A DNA stretch of 64,000 nt from Euglena gracilis (lineage: Eukaryota), in the NCBI GenBank assembly GCA_039621445.1, contig CP154954.1, positions 2,294,001-2,358,000 on the forward strand, in the 5' to 3' direction. Both the position numbers and the translations under genes were made by a program. This document shows positions 1 through 12,200 of the stretch, piece by piece (positions within the stretch are counted from its first letter, which is position 1; every line of letters starts with the position of its first letter). Under the pieces are notes generated by a model. The model did not search any database, was not told the DNA's origin, and worked only from the letters and a program-made list of their open reading frames with translations.

Positions 1-669
1 GGTGGGAGGGTTGGTATACGTTCTTGCGTCCTTTCGCGTCCATCCGTCCGTGCATCTGTCCATATATGCATGCATGACTCTGGCCCGGGAGGTTGGACGA
101 CAATTGGTTTGTGGACAATGCCCCGAAGAGCTCGCTGACCATGGCCTCCCTGAATCTTATAAACCCTATTGTACTTCATAGCCCCGAGGCTGAGCACCAC
201 AACCAAACACCCGAAATTGAATACCAAAAGCCGAGAACTCTCTCCGGACGTCCACCATGGAGGTGCAGAAGTCACACACAATCGAAGGGGGGCTGAACCC
301 CCGCGAGGGACCTAGTCAGTTGGCACTGGTTCCAGGACGCATGCCAGTCCGGCCCAGGCTTCTGACACAAGTGGAGGAGAATCATGTGGTCCAAGCCTTC
401 CGAACACTTTGGCAGAACGGTGCCATTGTTGACACAGAGGTACTCCTTGTCCTTGGCAGGACTGTTTCTAAAGGATATATGAGGTTCGACAGTCCCTCTA
501 CCAACTTTGACCCAGCACTGGGTGAAGGTCATGCCATTGCTCAAGATTGCCTTAATGTTGCCTCCCCAATGGAAGGATCTGTGGTTTTTTTTTTTAGAGG
601 AATGATTGTCATGTAAAACTTGTAAAACCCCGCGGTAATTGTCGTCACGGCATTATCCACCCACGGTAA

Positions 670-810
670 TTGTCGGCCCCCGGTATTGGCAAGTGGCATG
701 AGGCACAAGAGGAGGACAAAATAAAGAAGTATGGTGACGGTTGCCAACAAAGAGGCTGGACATTCATTCCCTTTGTGTTGGACTGTTATGGTGGCATGGG
801 GGATGGTGCG
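670..810 (+). pseudogene. Remnant of a non-LTR retrotransposon C-terminal restriction-like endonuclease (CRE/R2-like)
   Basis: Peptide EAQEEDKIKKYGDGCQQRGWTFIPFVLDCYGGMG fits the E..K..KY...C...G..F.P...(E/D)..G pattern of RLE domains. No intact RT is seen nearby. Confidence 0.45.
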
Positions 811-1374
811 CTCACTTCGGGCCCCCAACGACGGGGTCGGAGGGGTTGCCTGCTATGGGAAGTTACCCCAAAAACCCGACCCCTCTGGAGAGGTCGGATG
901 GGGTGCTATTGGGTGCCTGCCCCTAGCACTCCCCCCCCACCGTTGGGGTTGGCACCCGATGTTGTGGAAAAGTGAGAAAAGAAGGAAGAGGACAGGGGGG
1001 GGTGGGGGGCTCCGCCCCAAAAGGAATTTCATGGAGAAACTTCACTGGTGAAGCTCACCGGTGAAGTTCACCGGTGAAGTTCGTCCATGTATTTCCAATG
1101 AAGAGAGGGGGGGTGGGGGGGGTCCCGCCCGAAAAACCCAAAGTTCACCGCCTGATCTCCATGGGGCATTTTAAGAGCTTCAATGTAGGTCTCCGGACAT
1201 TTCCTTCAAATTTGCTTCATTTCCGAGATATTTTGAAAACGATTTCTTGACCCCGAAAACAGCCAAAATCGTTTGTGCCATTTTTTTTTGGTCAAAAAAT
1301 CAATTTTTCAAAATATCTCGACAATGAAGCAAAGTCAAAGAAAATGTCTGGAGAGCAAAAATGAAGCCCTTGGA

Positions 1375-1823
1375 CAGGGCTGGATAGAGGTAGAGGTAGA
1401 GGTGAAAGTCCTCTACCTCTATCTGACCCACCTCTACCTCTACCTCTACCTCTATGTCACCTCTATGTCCATAAAGTGTCATAAATTGGCACCAACAAGG
1501 GCCACAAAAAGCTCCAAATGCCTCAAATTTGGCAAATTAGTGTCTCAACGCATCTTATTTAGGTTAGGAATGAGAAAAAAATATCCGGATGGGTGGTTTC
1601 AAAAATTGCCATGAGAGATTTGTGACAAGAATGGCCAATTTCTGATTTTTTCCCATAAAACCCATAAAATTGCCTTCATTTGGCATAAATTTTCTTTGAT
1701 AAGCCACTTTCCTTAAAAGTTTCACATTGAGGTGACATAGAGGGATAGTAGAGGTAGAGGTAACCTCTACCTCTACCTCTACCTCTACCTCTACCTCTAT
1801 CCCTCTACCTCTATCCAGCCCTG
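1375..1823. mobile_element. Non-autonomous TIR element (hAT-like MITE)
   Basis: 22-bp perfect TIR cagggctggatagaggtagagg / cctctacctctatccagccctg, subterminal (gtagag)n arrays, flanking direct repeat ccttgga (1368-1374, 1824-1830). Confidence 0.85.
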
Positions 1824-3798
1824 CCTTGGAGTGCTCTATCCAACCATGGTTTACTTTTCCCCCAGCCCGAGTTATTGCCATTTTTCGGGCAATTTTAGCC
1901 CGTTTCAAACGCCCCGAAATGGCCGTTTTGGTCCGCAAAAGCGCGCCGGAACACGGGCTAGGCAAGTCGACGGCCAAAACGGCGAACGGGAGGTGACAGA
2001 GGGCCTCCGGGGGCACATTTTGTCAGACCGAAATTTTCGGAAATAATCCACGTTTTCTCGAGATATTTTCAAACAATTTTCTGACCGATTTTTGGACGTA
2101 TGGGGACCAGGTTGTACTGACATTTGGGACCGTCTTCCACCCCTCCAAAACTGTCGATATCTGGCTAGTTTTTTGATATCCGCATGTTTTTCACACCCGT
2201 AGGCACTAATCCGGCCGGCACATAGGAATAGCTATACCGGGGAGCGCAATGGGAACCACCAATCGGTTTCGGGGGGGGGGATGGGCCAATGTCTACCCAG
2301 GGGGTAGCCAAACGTGGGGGTGCAAAATGGGCAGGGAGAACATAAACTTTTTTCTTTCCATGTGTTCTCGATTTTGAAAAATCTAATGCTTTTTGCAGGA
2401 TTTTGGCACTCTTTTTTGACCATGCCCGCCAGATATTAACAATATAAGCAATTAATAATAAAAGCAAAGTGTGGGTAAAAAGACTGCACAAAAAAGCGTT
2501 TTGCTTTCTTCTCTCTCTAAAATCGATGATTTCATCCCCCAAATGATTAGATCCACGCCCCCAATTGTCTCTACACACTTGAATGGGACGCCTGAAGGAA
2601 GGTCGGCATGCTGTGGAGAGGGGTCGAGCAGGGGGGGTTAAGTGGTTTTGGTGTTGCGAGAGGGTCCTGCAGAGGGGGTACAGGGGCCTGCGTTGGGTGA
2701 ATTTATATATCTTTGTCCCAAATGAGGGGCTTTAGCAACATTTCCAGCCCTGTGGGCCAAATTCTCAAAAATTGCTCTTGCAACACTCACAATTTGTTGT
2801 GCCTAGTGATGGCCCCAGACAGCAGGCTGCGGGGGGCGGTTCTGTTAAGTCGATAAAACACGAGGCCAAAGGCCGAGTTATTTAGCATACAGAAATAGTC
2901 CCCTCAGAGTGGCATTTTTGCCAGAACGGAGTGCCCCTGTGCCAGATTGTCCCCCCAGATGCAGTTTCAAGGAAAATCTTTGAGAATTCCAAAAAGACCT
3001 GTTCCATCATTGCCCAGAGAAAACTTTTTTCGTCGTGGGGGGGTGAGCCGCGGGGGTGGGGGGGGGGGGGGGGGGCGGGGGGGTGGGGGGCGGGGGGAAA
3101 GTGGGGGGGGGGGGGGGGAGGGGCTGTGAAAAGTTGTTTTTTTTTTTTTGGAGTTTGTTTTTTTTTTTTTTTGAATCAGATTTTGTTTTTTTGTTTTTTT
3201 CTTTTTCAAAAAAGAATGTTTTTTTTTGCCCAAGAAACTTTCACTTTGAAAAAAGAAATTGACCTCCATAAAGTGTCATTTCTGCATTGAAATTCCAGGA
3301 GATTTTTTGGACACTGACCCTTCAAAAGCCCACCGTGTATTTTATTTCAATTATGGTCAAAGGTGTTTGGTCAATTGGTCAGTCAAGCCCCCTTTGACTA
3401 ATCAACCTTGCAAATTTCATCCACATCTTGGGTTGTGGAGGCGCTTTTTGAAGAAGGTTGGATGAAGCTGTGTGCCCTCATAAAGACATCAATGGCAAAC
3501 TTTTCTTCGGGTTGACATACATCAAACTTTTTGGAGGCTGGGGTTTTCCCCAAGGCCCCAAATTTTTTCAATTCAATGGAAATTCAGTGTTTTTTTTTGC
3601 AAAATTTGATTAACCTGTTAACCAAGAAAAAAATTGCCGGTTGGGCAGGTTTTTTTTTAAGCCAGATTAAAAAAAAAACCTTGTGGTTGACCATCCATTG
3701 GCCACAACACTATTTGTGAAGTTTTGTTGTAATTCAAGTGTTTGACCCGATTCAAGGGGGAAGCATGTTTTTCAGAGGATGCGTTTGCTTCCTTGCAG

Positions 3799-6700
3799 GT
3801 GGCTGGGGCAATTGCTTCTCGACGGAAAAGGAGGTCAATTCCGCTTGGTTCTATCTGAAGGCGAAGCGCACAGGCTACGTGGAGTTCGCTTTGGTATCCC
3901 AGAATGACGTGGACTTTATCTTGTGGGGCCCCTATGACACCGCGGTATGCCTTTCTTTTTCCTTGCTTGCCTCGTTTTAGACATGGTTGAAGCCAAGGCA
4001 GCCTTTGTTTATATAACCCCCCCCCCAAATACCTCCCCCCCCCTCGGTGTGTCATTTGGGCACCCGAACTGGGGGTCCAGGGGGTGTTATTGGGGGGTGT
4101 TGGGCACTGCTACCTGAGCAGGTTCTTCCCGAACAATGTCGGATTTCAGCGTTGCTGACACCTTGTCCAGGAGTGCATCCCTGGTATCTGGGTCTTTTGC
4201 AGAAGAATTGGAAGTCCGTCAATCGGTTCTGACCTTCAAAAAATAACCAGGATGTCGACAGTGTCTGCCTGAGCACTCCTGGACAAGAAATCCATCTGCT
4301 TATGCACCAGGGGTTTTTTTAAGACCGGTGGGGGGGGGAGGGGGGTCCCCCCACCCACTCACCCCTGGGGGGGGGGGAGGGGGGTCCGGGGGACCCACAA
4401 AAAATGGCCGAAAAATCGCGAAAAGTGCTAAAAATAGAATTTTTTCGGCGCCTGTGGCGCCGAAAAGTATATCCCACCCCCCTCCGGGGGGACCCCCCCG
4501 GGGGGGGGGGGGGAGGGGGTCCGGCGGACCCACCCACCCTACCCCCCCTCCCCCCCCGGGGGTCCAAACTTAAAAAAATCCCTGTTATGCACATTGTGCA
4601 CAGGGGGGATGTCTTATTTGGGCGCTCGAAATCGGCCCCCAAGGAGGGTGTGTGTTTTTTGGGGGGGGTTATTTGAGGGGGGTGCTATTTGGGGGGGTTT
4701 GCTTGCAAACCAAAACAAAAAAGGTTGCAGATTTTTCTCCGGCTGAGCAAGCAGGAACTCCCAAAATCTCGGCAAAAGCGAGCCAATTCCAGGAAGAAAA
4801 ATCATCCCTGGTATTTCTGGACAATTGTCCACCCAAACTCATGAAATGAGGCTTTCCATTTTTTTTTGAGTTTTGGCCCTATTCGATTCCCAGATCGCCC
4901 TTACCGATTCCTAATACAGTCGGCAGACACAATTGTTGGACCCCACTGGACATTTTCGTTGGCCCCCGTTGGGCAGGAATGGGAGACTGGGGGACTTTTC
5001 TGTAGAGCCCCCGGGGACACAAATAGAAAACCCCGCGGCCCATGAAGTTTAGGCCCTGACGGACATTTTTTGCAGGGAAACCCGTTTGAAACCTGGAACT
5101 GAAAATTCTACGGCAGATGCTGCGATTCAAATGAAATTAGGTGGAATGTCTTTGAGAGTCTGCGTGTTGATCATCTTCCACCTAAAAGGTGAGGCCAAGC
5201 TACAACCCCCAAAGTGTCACAAATGTGGAAGGCAGAGGGATCATCCAGTAACTTCTCCGATGTCTCTCATTACAATGCCACACATTCACATTGATGACCA
5301 AACTTTCTGAAGCAACCTTTCTTGGTAGCAATGAACATTCCCTAAACATTGCAACTGTGGTTTGTGTCCATGTTTGAACAATATGCAAAAATAATAATAA
5401 CCTTCAAACTTAAACAGTTTTGTGTCTACTGCGTATCATGCAAAGCAAGAGGCAACAGCGGCTGTGACGGGGTACACAGCTTTTCAAAAGCACTAAACTC
5501 ACCTTAATTTAGATCATGTGAAAATACAATGTACAGCTTTTATGGGTCATTTAACAGAACAGGTGGTCACTTTGCCATCCAAAACACTCTCTCCACTTTT
5601 ACGAATGTCACCATCTTTGCACAAATGTTTCTCAAAAAAAAGCTGTTTAGTCCATCACCAGGTGAGCTGGGACACAGGCTGAATGATATGATGCACTTTT
5701 AGGAATGACCGATCAGGTTGGCGAATGCCCAATATCGTTCACTCAAAGGGCCTGTTTCAGACCTTCCTGTTGTGCGAATCCGAAAACTGCTGCAGTGTGG
5801 GGGGGGGGGAAAGCATTTGGTAAAAGTCTGGCCTGCTCCTCCCAGCCTTCTCCATCCACTCACGCATATCACAATAGTATGGACCCAGCATGACCTGTCC
5901 ACAACGGGCACCTTCTCAGTGTGGGTTTCAAATTCTTCAAAATCAGGATGTCCTCCCTGTTTTTTTTTCCACTCACCTCAGTGAAAAAACGCTTTCTGGT
6001 TCATTTGTATCAAAGTTAAATTGATTTGACCAGTCTTAAATAACGTGCCCCCCCCCCCCTATTTGTCCCTCCCCCCCAATTGGCATGAGCCCAGTTGGCC
6101 AATAAAGGGGCGGCGGGGGTACTCGTTTCACAAAAAATGTCTTTCCAGTCGAGACAGTGACATTGTCAGCACATCTCACAGGTATGAGGTAAACAATAAC
6201 TGTAAGAACGGAAAGGGTTGGGAAAAAATTGCAAGTCCCGCACAGAGTGTCCACGCGGGCTCAACGAAAATGTCCATGGGGGCCTAAACCTCTTGTCCAT
6301 TGGGGACCAATAATGGTGTCCATGGGGGTTCTTGGGGAGGTGTCCGCAAGGGACAACAAAACTTGTCCAAAAGGGATCTTCATTTTGTCCGAAATTCCCA
6401 ACTCGGGTGTCCGCTAGCTGTAATAAACTTTAAACAGGTCGAAAGGTCGCGGAGAGCACATTCAAAGGTTTTGCTCCGAGTCATGGCACAAAGTGGGGCC
6501 CCATACCAACCCCGTACCACCCCCATACCACCTCCGTACCACCCCCATACCACCCCCATACCACCCCCATACCACCCCTATACCACCTCCATACCACCCC
6601 CATACCACCCCCATACCACCCCCATACCACCCCCATACCCCATACCCCCCACCCCCATACCCCACTGTGGGGTATGGGGGGTGGGGGGTATGGGGTATGG

Positions 6701-7644
6701 GGGGGTATGGGGGTATGGGGTGTGGGGTCCCCACCCCCCATACCCCCATACCCCCCCATACCCCATACCAGGTTTTGAATAGTGCTGAGCTCTTAATAAG
6801 CGCTCACCCACCCCTGACACCCCCATATAAACCGGCCCACTCCATGGAGCTCTGTTGACTGAAATGCAAAGGTTTTGTGCCCGAAACAGGGTGCCGGGGG
6901 ATGGAAAAACACTCATTTTTGGCTCAAAATACACCTTTTCCGGGTGTGGGGAGCCAAAAAACAGCGTTTTGTCGTGTTTTTTTTGACCCGAAAATGACCG
7001 AAAGTGAGTGGGTTGACAGCCCAAAAGGGGGCGCTGGTGGGTCAAAAAACGCTCATTTTCGGCCCAAAAACGGTTTTTCTGGGTCCAGGAGGCCAAAAAA
7101 AAAACATCGTTTCGGCCCGAAAATGACCCAAAGTCAATGGGTTGGCAGCCCAAAACGGGGCACTGGCGGGTCGAAAAACGCTCATTTTCGGCCCAAAAAC
7201 AGTTTTTCTGAGTCCGGGAGGCCAAAAAACATCGTTTTGGGCAATTTTTTTTCGATTATTTTTGACTTTTTTGACCCGTTTTTGACCCAAAGTCAATGGG
7301 TCGGCAGCCCAAAACGGGGCGCTGGCGGGTCGAAAAACGCTCATTTTCGGACCAAAAACAGGTTTTCTGGGTCCGGGAGGCCAAATAACAACGTTTCGGG
7401 CAATTTTTTTCTCGATTATTTTCGATTTTTTTGCGCATCATGGGTCATGGCCATCATGGGTCATGATGGGCATCATTGGTCATGATGGGCATCATGGGTT
7501 CTTGATGGGCATCATGGGTCATGATGGCCATCATGGGTCATGATGCGCATCATGGGTCATGATGCGCCTCATGGGTAGAGTTTCCTTTAGGAAGTAGCTT
7601 TTCCAATCACAGCACAAGTTTCAATTGCTCTACTGCATGAGAGC

Positions 7645-7696
<52 letters not shown>

Positions 7697-8237
7697 GTGT
7701 GTGTGTGTGCGTGCGCGCTATGGTGTGTGTGTGTGTGTGTGTAAACTCGTAAAGTATTTTCAGTGGATAGATGGAACCTCCAAGAGTGACAACAGTCACA
7801 GGTCTACTGGTTTCATCTACACAACCAGGGGTTTTTTTTAGTCGTGGACCCCCAGGGGGGGGAGGGGGGGTAGGGTGGGTGGGTCCGGCGGAGCCCCCCG
7901 GGGGGGGTCCCCCCGGAGGGGGTGGGATGGTGCCAAAGGCGCCAAAAAGTGCTATTTTTAGCACTTTTCGCGATTTTTTGGCCATTTTTTTTTTTATGGG
8001 TCCCCCGGGACCCCCCCCGGGGGGGCCCAGGGGGTGGGTGGGTGGGGGGACCCCCCTCCCCCCGGTCTTAAAAAAGCCCCTGTACACAACTCACACACAC
8101 ACAGATCACAACACAACACAAAACAACACAAAGCAACAAACACAACACACACACACACACACACAGGCACAGGCACACAGGCACACACACTCACACCCTC
8201 ACCCACACCTGCACATGCACAGACACAGACACACACA

Positions 8238-8278
<41 letters not shown>

Positions 8279-9168
8279 ACCCACCCACACCCACACCTGC
8301 ACATGCACAGACACACAGACACAGCCACACACACACAGTACGCACGCACGCACGCACGCACGCACGCATGCACACACACATGCACATGCACAGGCACAGG
8401 CGCACGCGCACTCACACACATGCACCCACCCACGCACACGCACAAGAGTTTTTAACTGACCTCAGGAAACGTGCTTTCACTGCTGGGTTTCCTTTGCTTT
8501 TCCTTTGTCTCCCTTCACTCTTGGGCCTCCTGTCCCCTGGTTTCTGTCTCTCTGTCACACCGGGCTGTCCCTTCCCTTTCCCACTCCCCTCCTGTGGGTG
8601 TTCCGTGTGGGGGTGTGCGTGCGCTGGGGGGTTAGTGTTGTACAGCTCATCCTGGCACCCGCATGACAGGCACTGTTGGCGGCTTGCACGTACCAGGCAT
8701 GCGGGTTTCGCGGACCTCCTCGGCCGCAGTCTTTGGTGAACAGTTTTGTATTTTGGCTTGTTCCCTGAGCGGGGTCTGCCCGGCTGGCAGCTGGACAAAT
8801 GGGTACCCCAAAACTGGCAAATCCAAGCTGGGCTGGATTTTTTTCAGCCAAAATTGGAGGTGAATACTCAAAAATCTCCAATAAAAACACGGTTGGGAAT
8901 TTTTGACGTCTCCAGCCTGGCTTCTGCCTGCTGGCCCAATTTTTATTTTACTTCATTTAGCGGACCCTGGGGGTCCACAGGCTGAAAAAAAAACGGCTGT
9001 GGGGGGGTTGGGTCCCCTCTGGCTTGAACACGTGCTTGCCTGGGACATGCGTTGGGGCATGCCACTGCCGAGGGGAAGATAAAAAGTCCCGGGAGGGTGT
9101 TGGAGCGGGGGAGGCGCAGGGTGCCCCCCCTTCTCTCCTGTGTGGGAGTGAGTGAGTGAGTGAGTGAG

Positions 9169-9244
<76 letters not shown>

Positions 9245-12200
9245 TGTGTGCGTGCGTGCGTGCGTGCGTGCGTGTGTGCGTGCGTGTGTGAGCGAGCGAG
9301 CGAGCGAGTACAGAAAATTCACCAATCGCAACCTTCAATGGGCATCCTTAACACTTTTATTCCACAGACCGAAGGATGCGGAGCCAACCTTTCGTTCAGC
9401 AAGAACATAAGCTGTGGGTGGATTCGAGGCCCATCAACACTTATCAATGAGAATCAAGTGTGCTAACGTTTTTCTGTACTATTTCTTCTAAAACTGGTTT
9501 TATTGGGCGACTGTATCATTTGCATTTTTTAGCTTTTTTTTCACCATCAGCAGATTAGCAGTGTATGCTTAAATACACTCGTTTCTCAAATCTTGTGTGA
9601 AGCTTTCGTTCTTTCTTTTCCCAGCTTCAATTTTCTCTTGAGAAGGTGAAGTTCAACGCAACAGTGGGGAAGTATTACACGCTATCAAGGCAAGTGCTCC
9701 TCTCTCGTTACCATATGGTGTTTGCAACATCCAACCTTCTTCAATTGTGACAAGGGTGTCGAGCAGACCCCGCAGAAAAGGAGTGGGGAGAGGGCCAGTG
9801 AAGCGTGGCTTTCTTTGCGCCGCAGAGCACTTCTGCTTGGGGTTGACCCGAAAAGGTAGTTCTAGTTAAATTGTAAATCTTTTCAATTATGTCCAAATTG
9901 AGCAATTCATCAGCAGCGCTGGAAATCTGGCAAATTGGCCTTTCACAACGTTTCTACCTTTTTCAGTCAGATTTTTGTGCCATCTGTGCAAGTGGGGAAA
10001 ACAGGGGAACAGTGGAAATTTGTGGGGAGGTGCTTAGCAAATAATCTGGCTGGGAGAAGGTCAGAAGCCAGTGAGTAACGTTGCACCTCACCAAGCATTT
10101 TGAGAGAGGTTTAGGGTGTGCATCCTGGGTTTTATTGAAAAGGAATACGCAACTTTTCCCTGACTGATCAAGGCGTAGTTCCCATCAGACATCATTTGCT
10201 ATTTGCTGGATGGGTGGTTTTGCAATGTGTCAGGCTATTGTGATTACCCCCCCCCCTCCTTTCGAGTGCTCTAGCAGCTTGGACTGCACTCTGCCTGCCA
10301 CCATTGGTGAACGACCAGACTGGCAATGGAACATTCTATATGAACCAGGCTCCTCTTATGATTTTTTCTTTTTGAATCTCAGTGGTCAGTGAAGTTGAAG
10401 CTGAAGCCACATACAAATGGCGAAAAGCGCCCGGAGAGGCCCATTCTGGACTTTTTTTTTGGCCAGAATCAGGCACCCCCCCCCCCCCTGTGGGGAGGCA
10501 CTCCAGCTCCGAGACTCCAAGACCTGTGGAAATTTAGCATAGACCACGTTTTGATGCGGACATGCTCTCAGCAGTCGTCAACATGGATCTAGGTTGATGG
10601 ATGCCTGACACAGACCCCCGTATCCCCAACGCTACGGACGCCCTGGATTGCGGGTTTATGACTGGTGTGTATCAAATGTTTCCCAGCTTTTTATCATGGA
10701 AGGTTGGTGTTGCTCTTTGCAAGGTTCAGGAGGTCGTGGGACTGAGCCATTTTCGACCGGTGTGGGACTTTTCCCCGGACATCGAGGTGATGGGGGCAAC
10801 GGCCTTGCCAGGTTATTTTGGGGAGTTTATGTATGCAGATGTTCTTTCGATTCACCGAGCCCTGGCTCTGAGTTGCTCCCTTCTTTCTGGGGGGGATGGC
10901 CGGCAGTATTGGGTTGGTGCTGAAACATGTCGCTGGCCCAGTGGCTAAATAATGGGGCACAAAATCCTTTGCGTCCAAATAGCCCCCCCCCTCCCCCGGC
11001 GGGGTGCCAGGTTATTGGAACCAACCTTTGGCCCTGCTCCCCCACCAGGTTATTTGGGCCCTTTTTTTCAGCGTCGTAAAGGAATTTTACCTAAGGGGGG
11101 TGCCAAGTTACTGGAGCCATCTTTTTTGCCCCCCCCCCCCGCCAAGTTATTCGGCCACTGCCAGAAGCGGCCCCGCTAGGCGGGGGGAGGCTTAACCGAG
11201 CAGATGAGCAGCCGGCGGCGGTCCAATAATATCGGATACACTGCACCCGGGGCAGAACGGGTCCTGGGAAAGTTCTGCGGCACTGTTTTGGGTTGTAAAT
11301 TGGCCACATCTCAGGCTAGGAGGGGAGGTACAGGGAAATCAAAATACCGCCAGATAGGACATTTTAAGGGCTTCAATTTAGGTGTCCGGGCATTTTGCTT
11401 GGTTCATTTCCAGGTAGTTGGCATTTCGCGATTTTTTTGGGCCCAGAAACGGAAGGGGGTCCCCAATGGGTGGGGGGTCGTCCCCCACCCATCCTGGTGG
11501 GGGCCTGCCTGGTGTCAACCCCCCCCCCCCCCAGGGGATTTCAGGTTGATTTTCAAGAAGTTGGAGATCAGTCTCAAACCACCCAAGGGAACACACTTTC
11601 CAATGGCACCAAGGATCCAACCTCGGCCGCCCAAATCATGGTTTGCTTTCCAAATACCCTTTCATCTTTGCAGATGAACAAAATCACCCAAAATTTACCC
11701 CAAAGTGCCAGAAGAACACGCAAATGGGGAATATTTTCTGGATACGGTGAATGATACTCTGGAAATTCATATAAAGTTCAAGGAACAGGTAAGTATTTTG
11801 TCAATTTTTTTTCGGCAAACATTTCAAAACAAAGGGAAACTATGAAAATCAGTACGGCTGAAAATAAGTCTCATGTTTATAAACGAAAGTAAACCACAAT
11901 TACGCCCCTCCCCCTCTTGGGGACTTGTCCAAGCAAAACAATGATGTCCGACAGAATGTTATTTGGGAGATTAATCTGAAGCATCAGAACTTTAAAAAAT
12001 TTTCTTTGTGTTTTTTTTCTGGGGGGGCCGCCTCGCGAGCTAGGGGGCGGGAGGCGCCGGGAGAACAACGCCCCGATGGGGGGTACGGCTGTGGCCTTCT
12101 CTCTCCCCCACTCTTTTTTTTTTTTTCTTGTCTCTTCCTGTCCTGGATAAAATAATATGCAAATGCTTACTCCATCAGACGCAACGCTCTTTTTGCAGAC

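Noticed and set aside
6990-7400. Regularly spaced repeats as a possible CRISPR array (also 36235-36470 and 53925-54811)
   Set aside because: No unique spacers, no cas genes and a eukaryotic context. They are tandem or subterminal repeats.
7771-8739. 322-aa His/Thr-rich ORF
   Set aside because: Runs through a MITE and (CA)n tracts; no coding signal.
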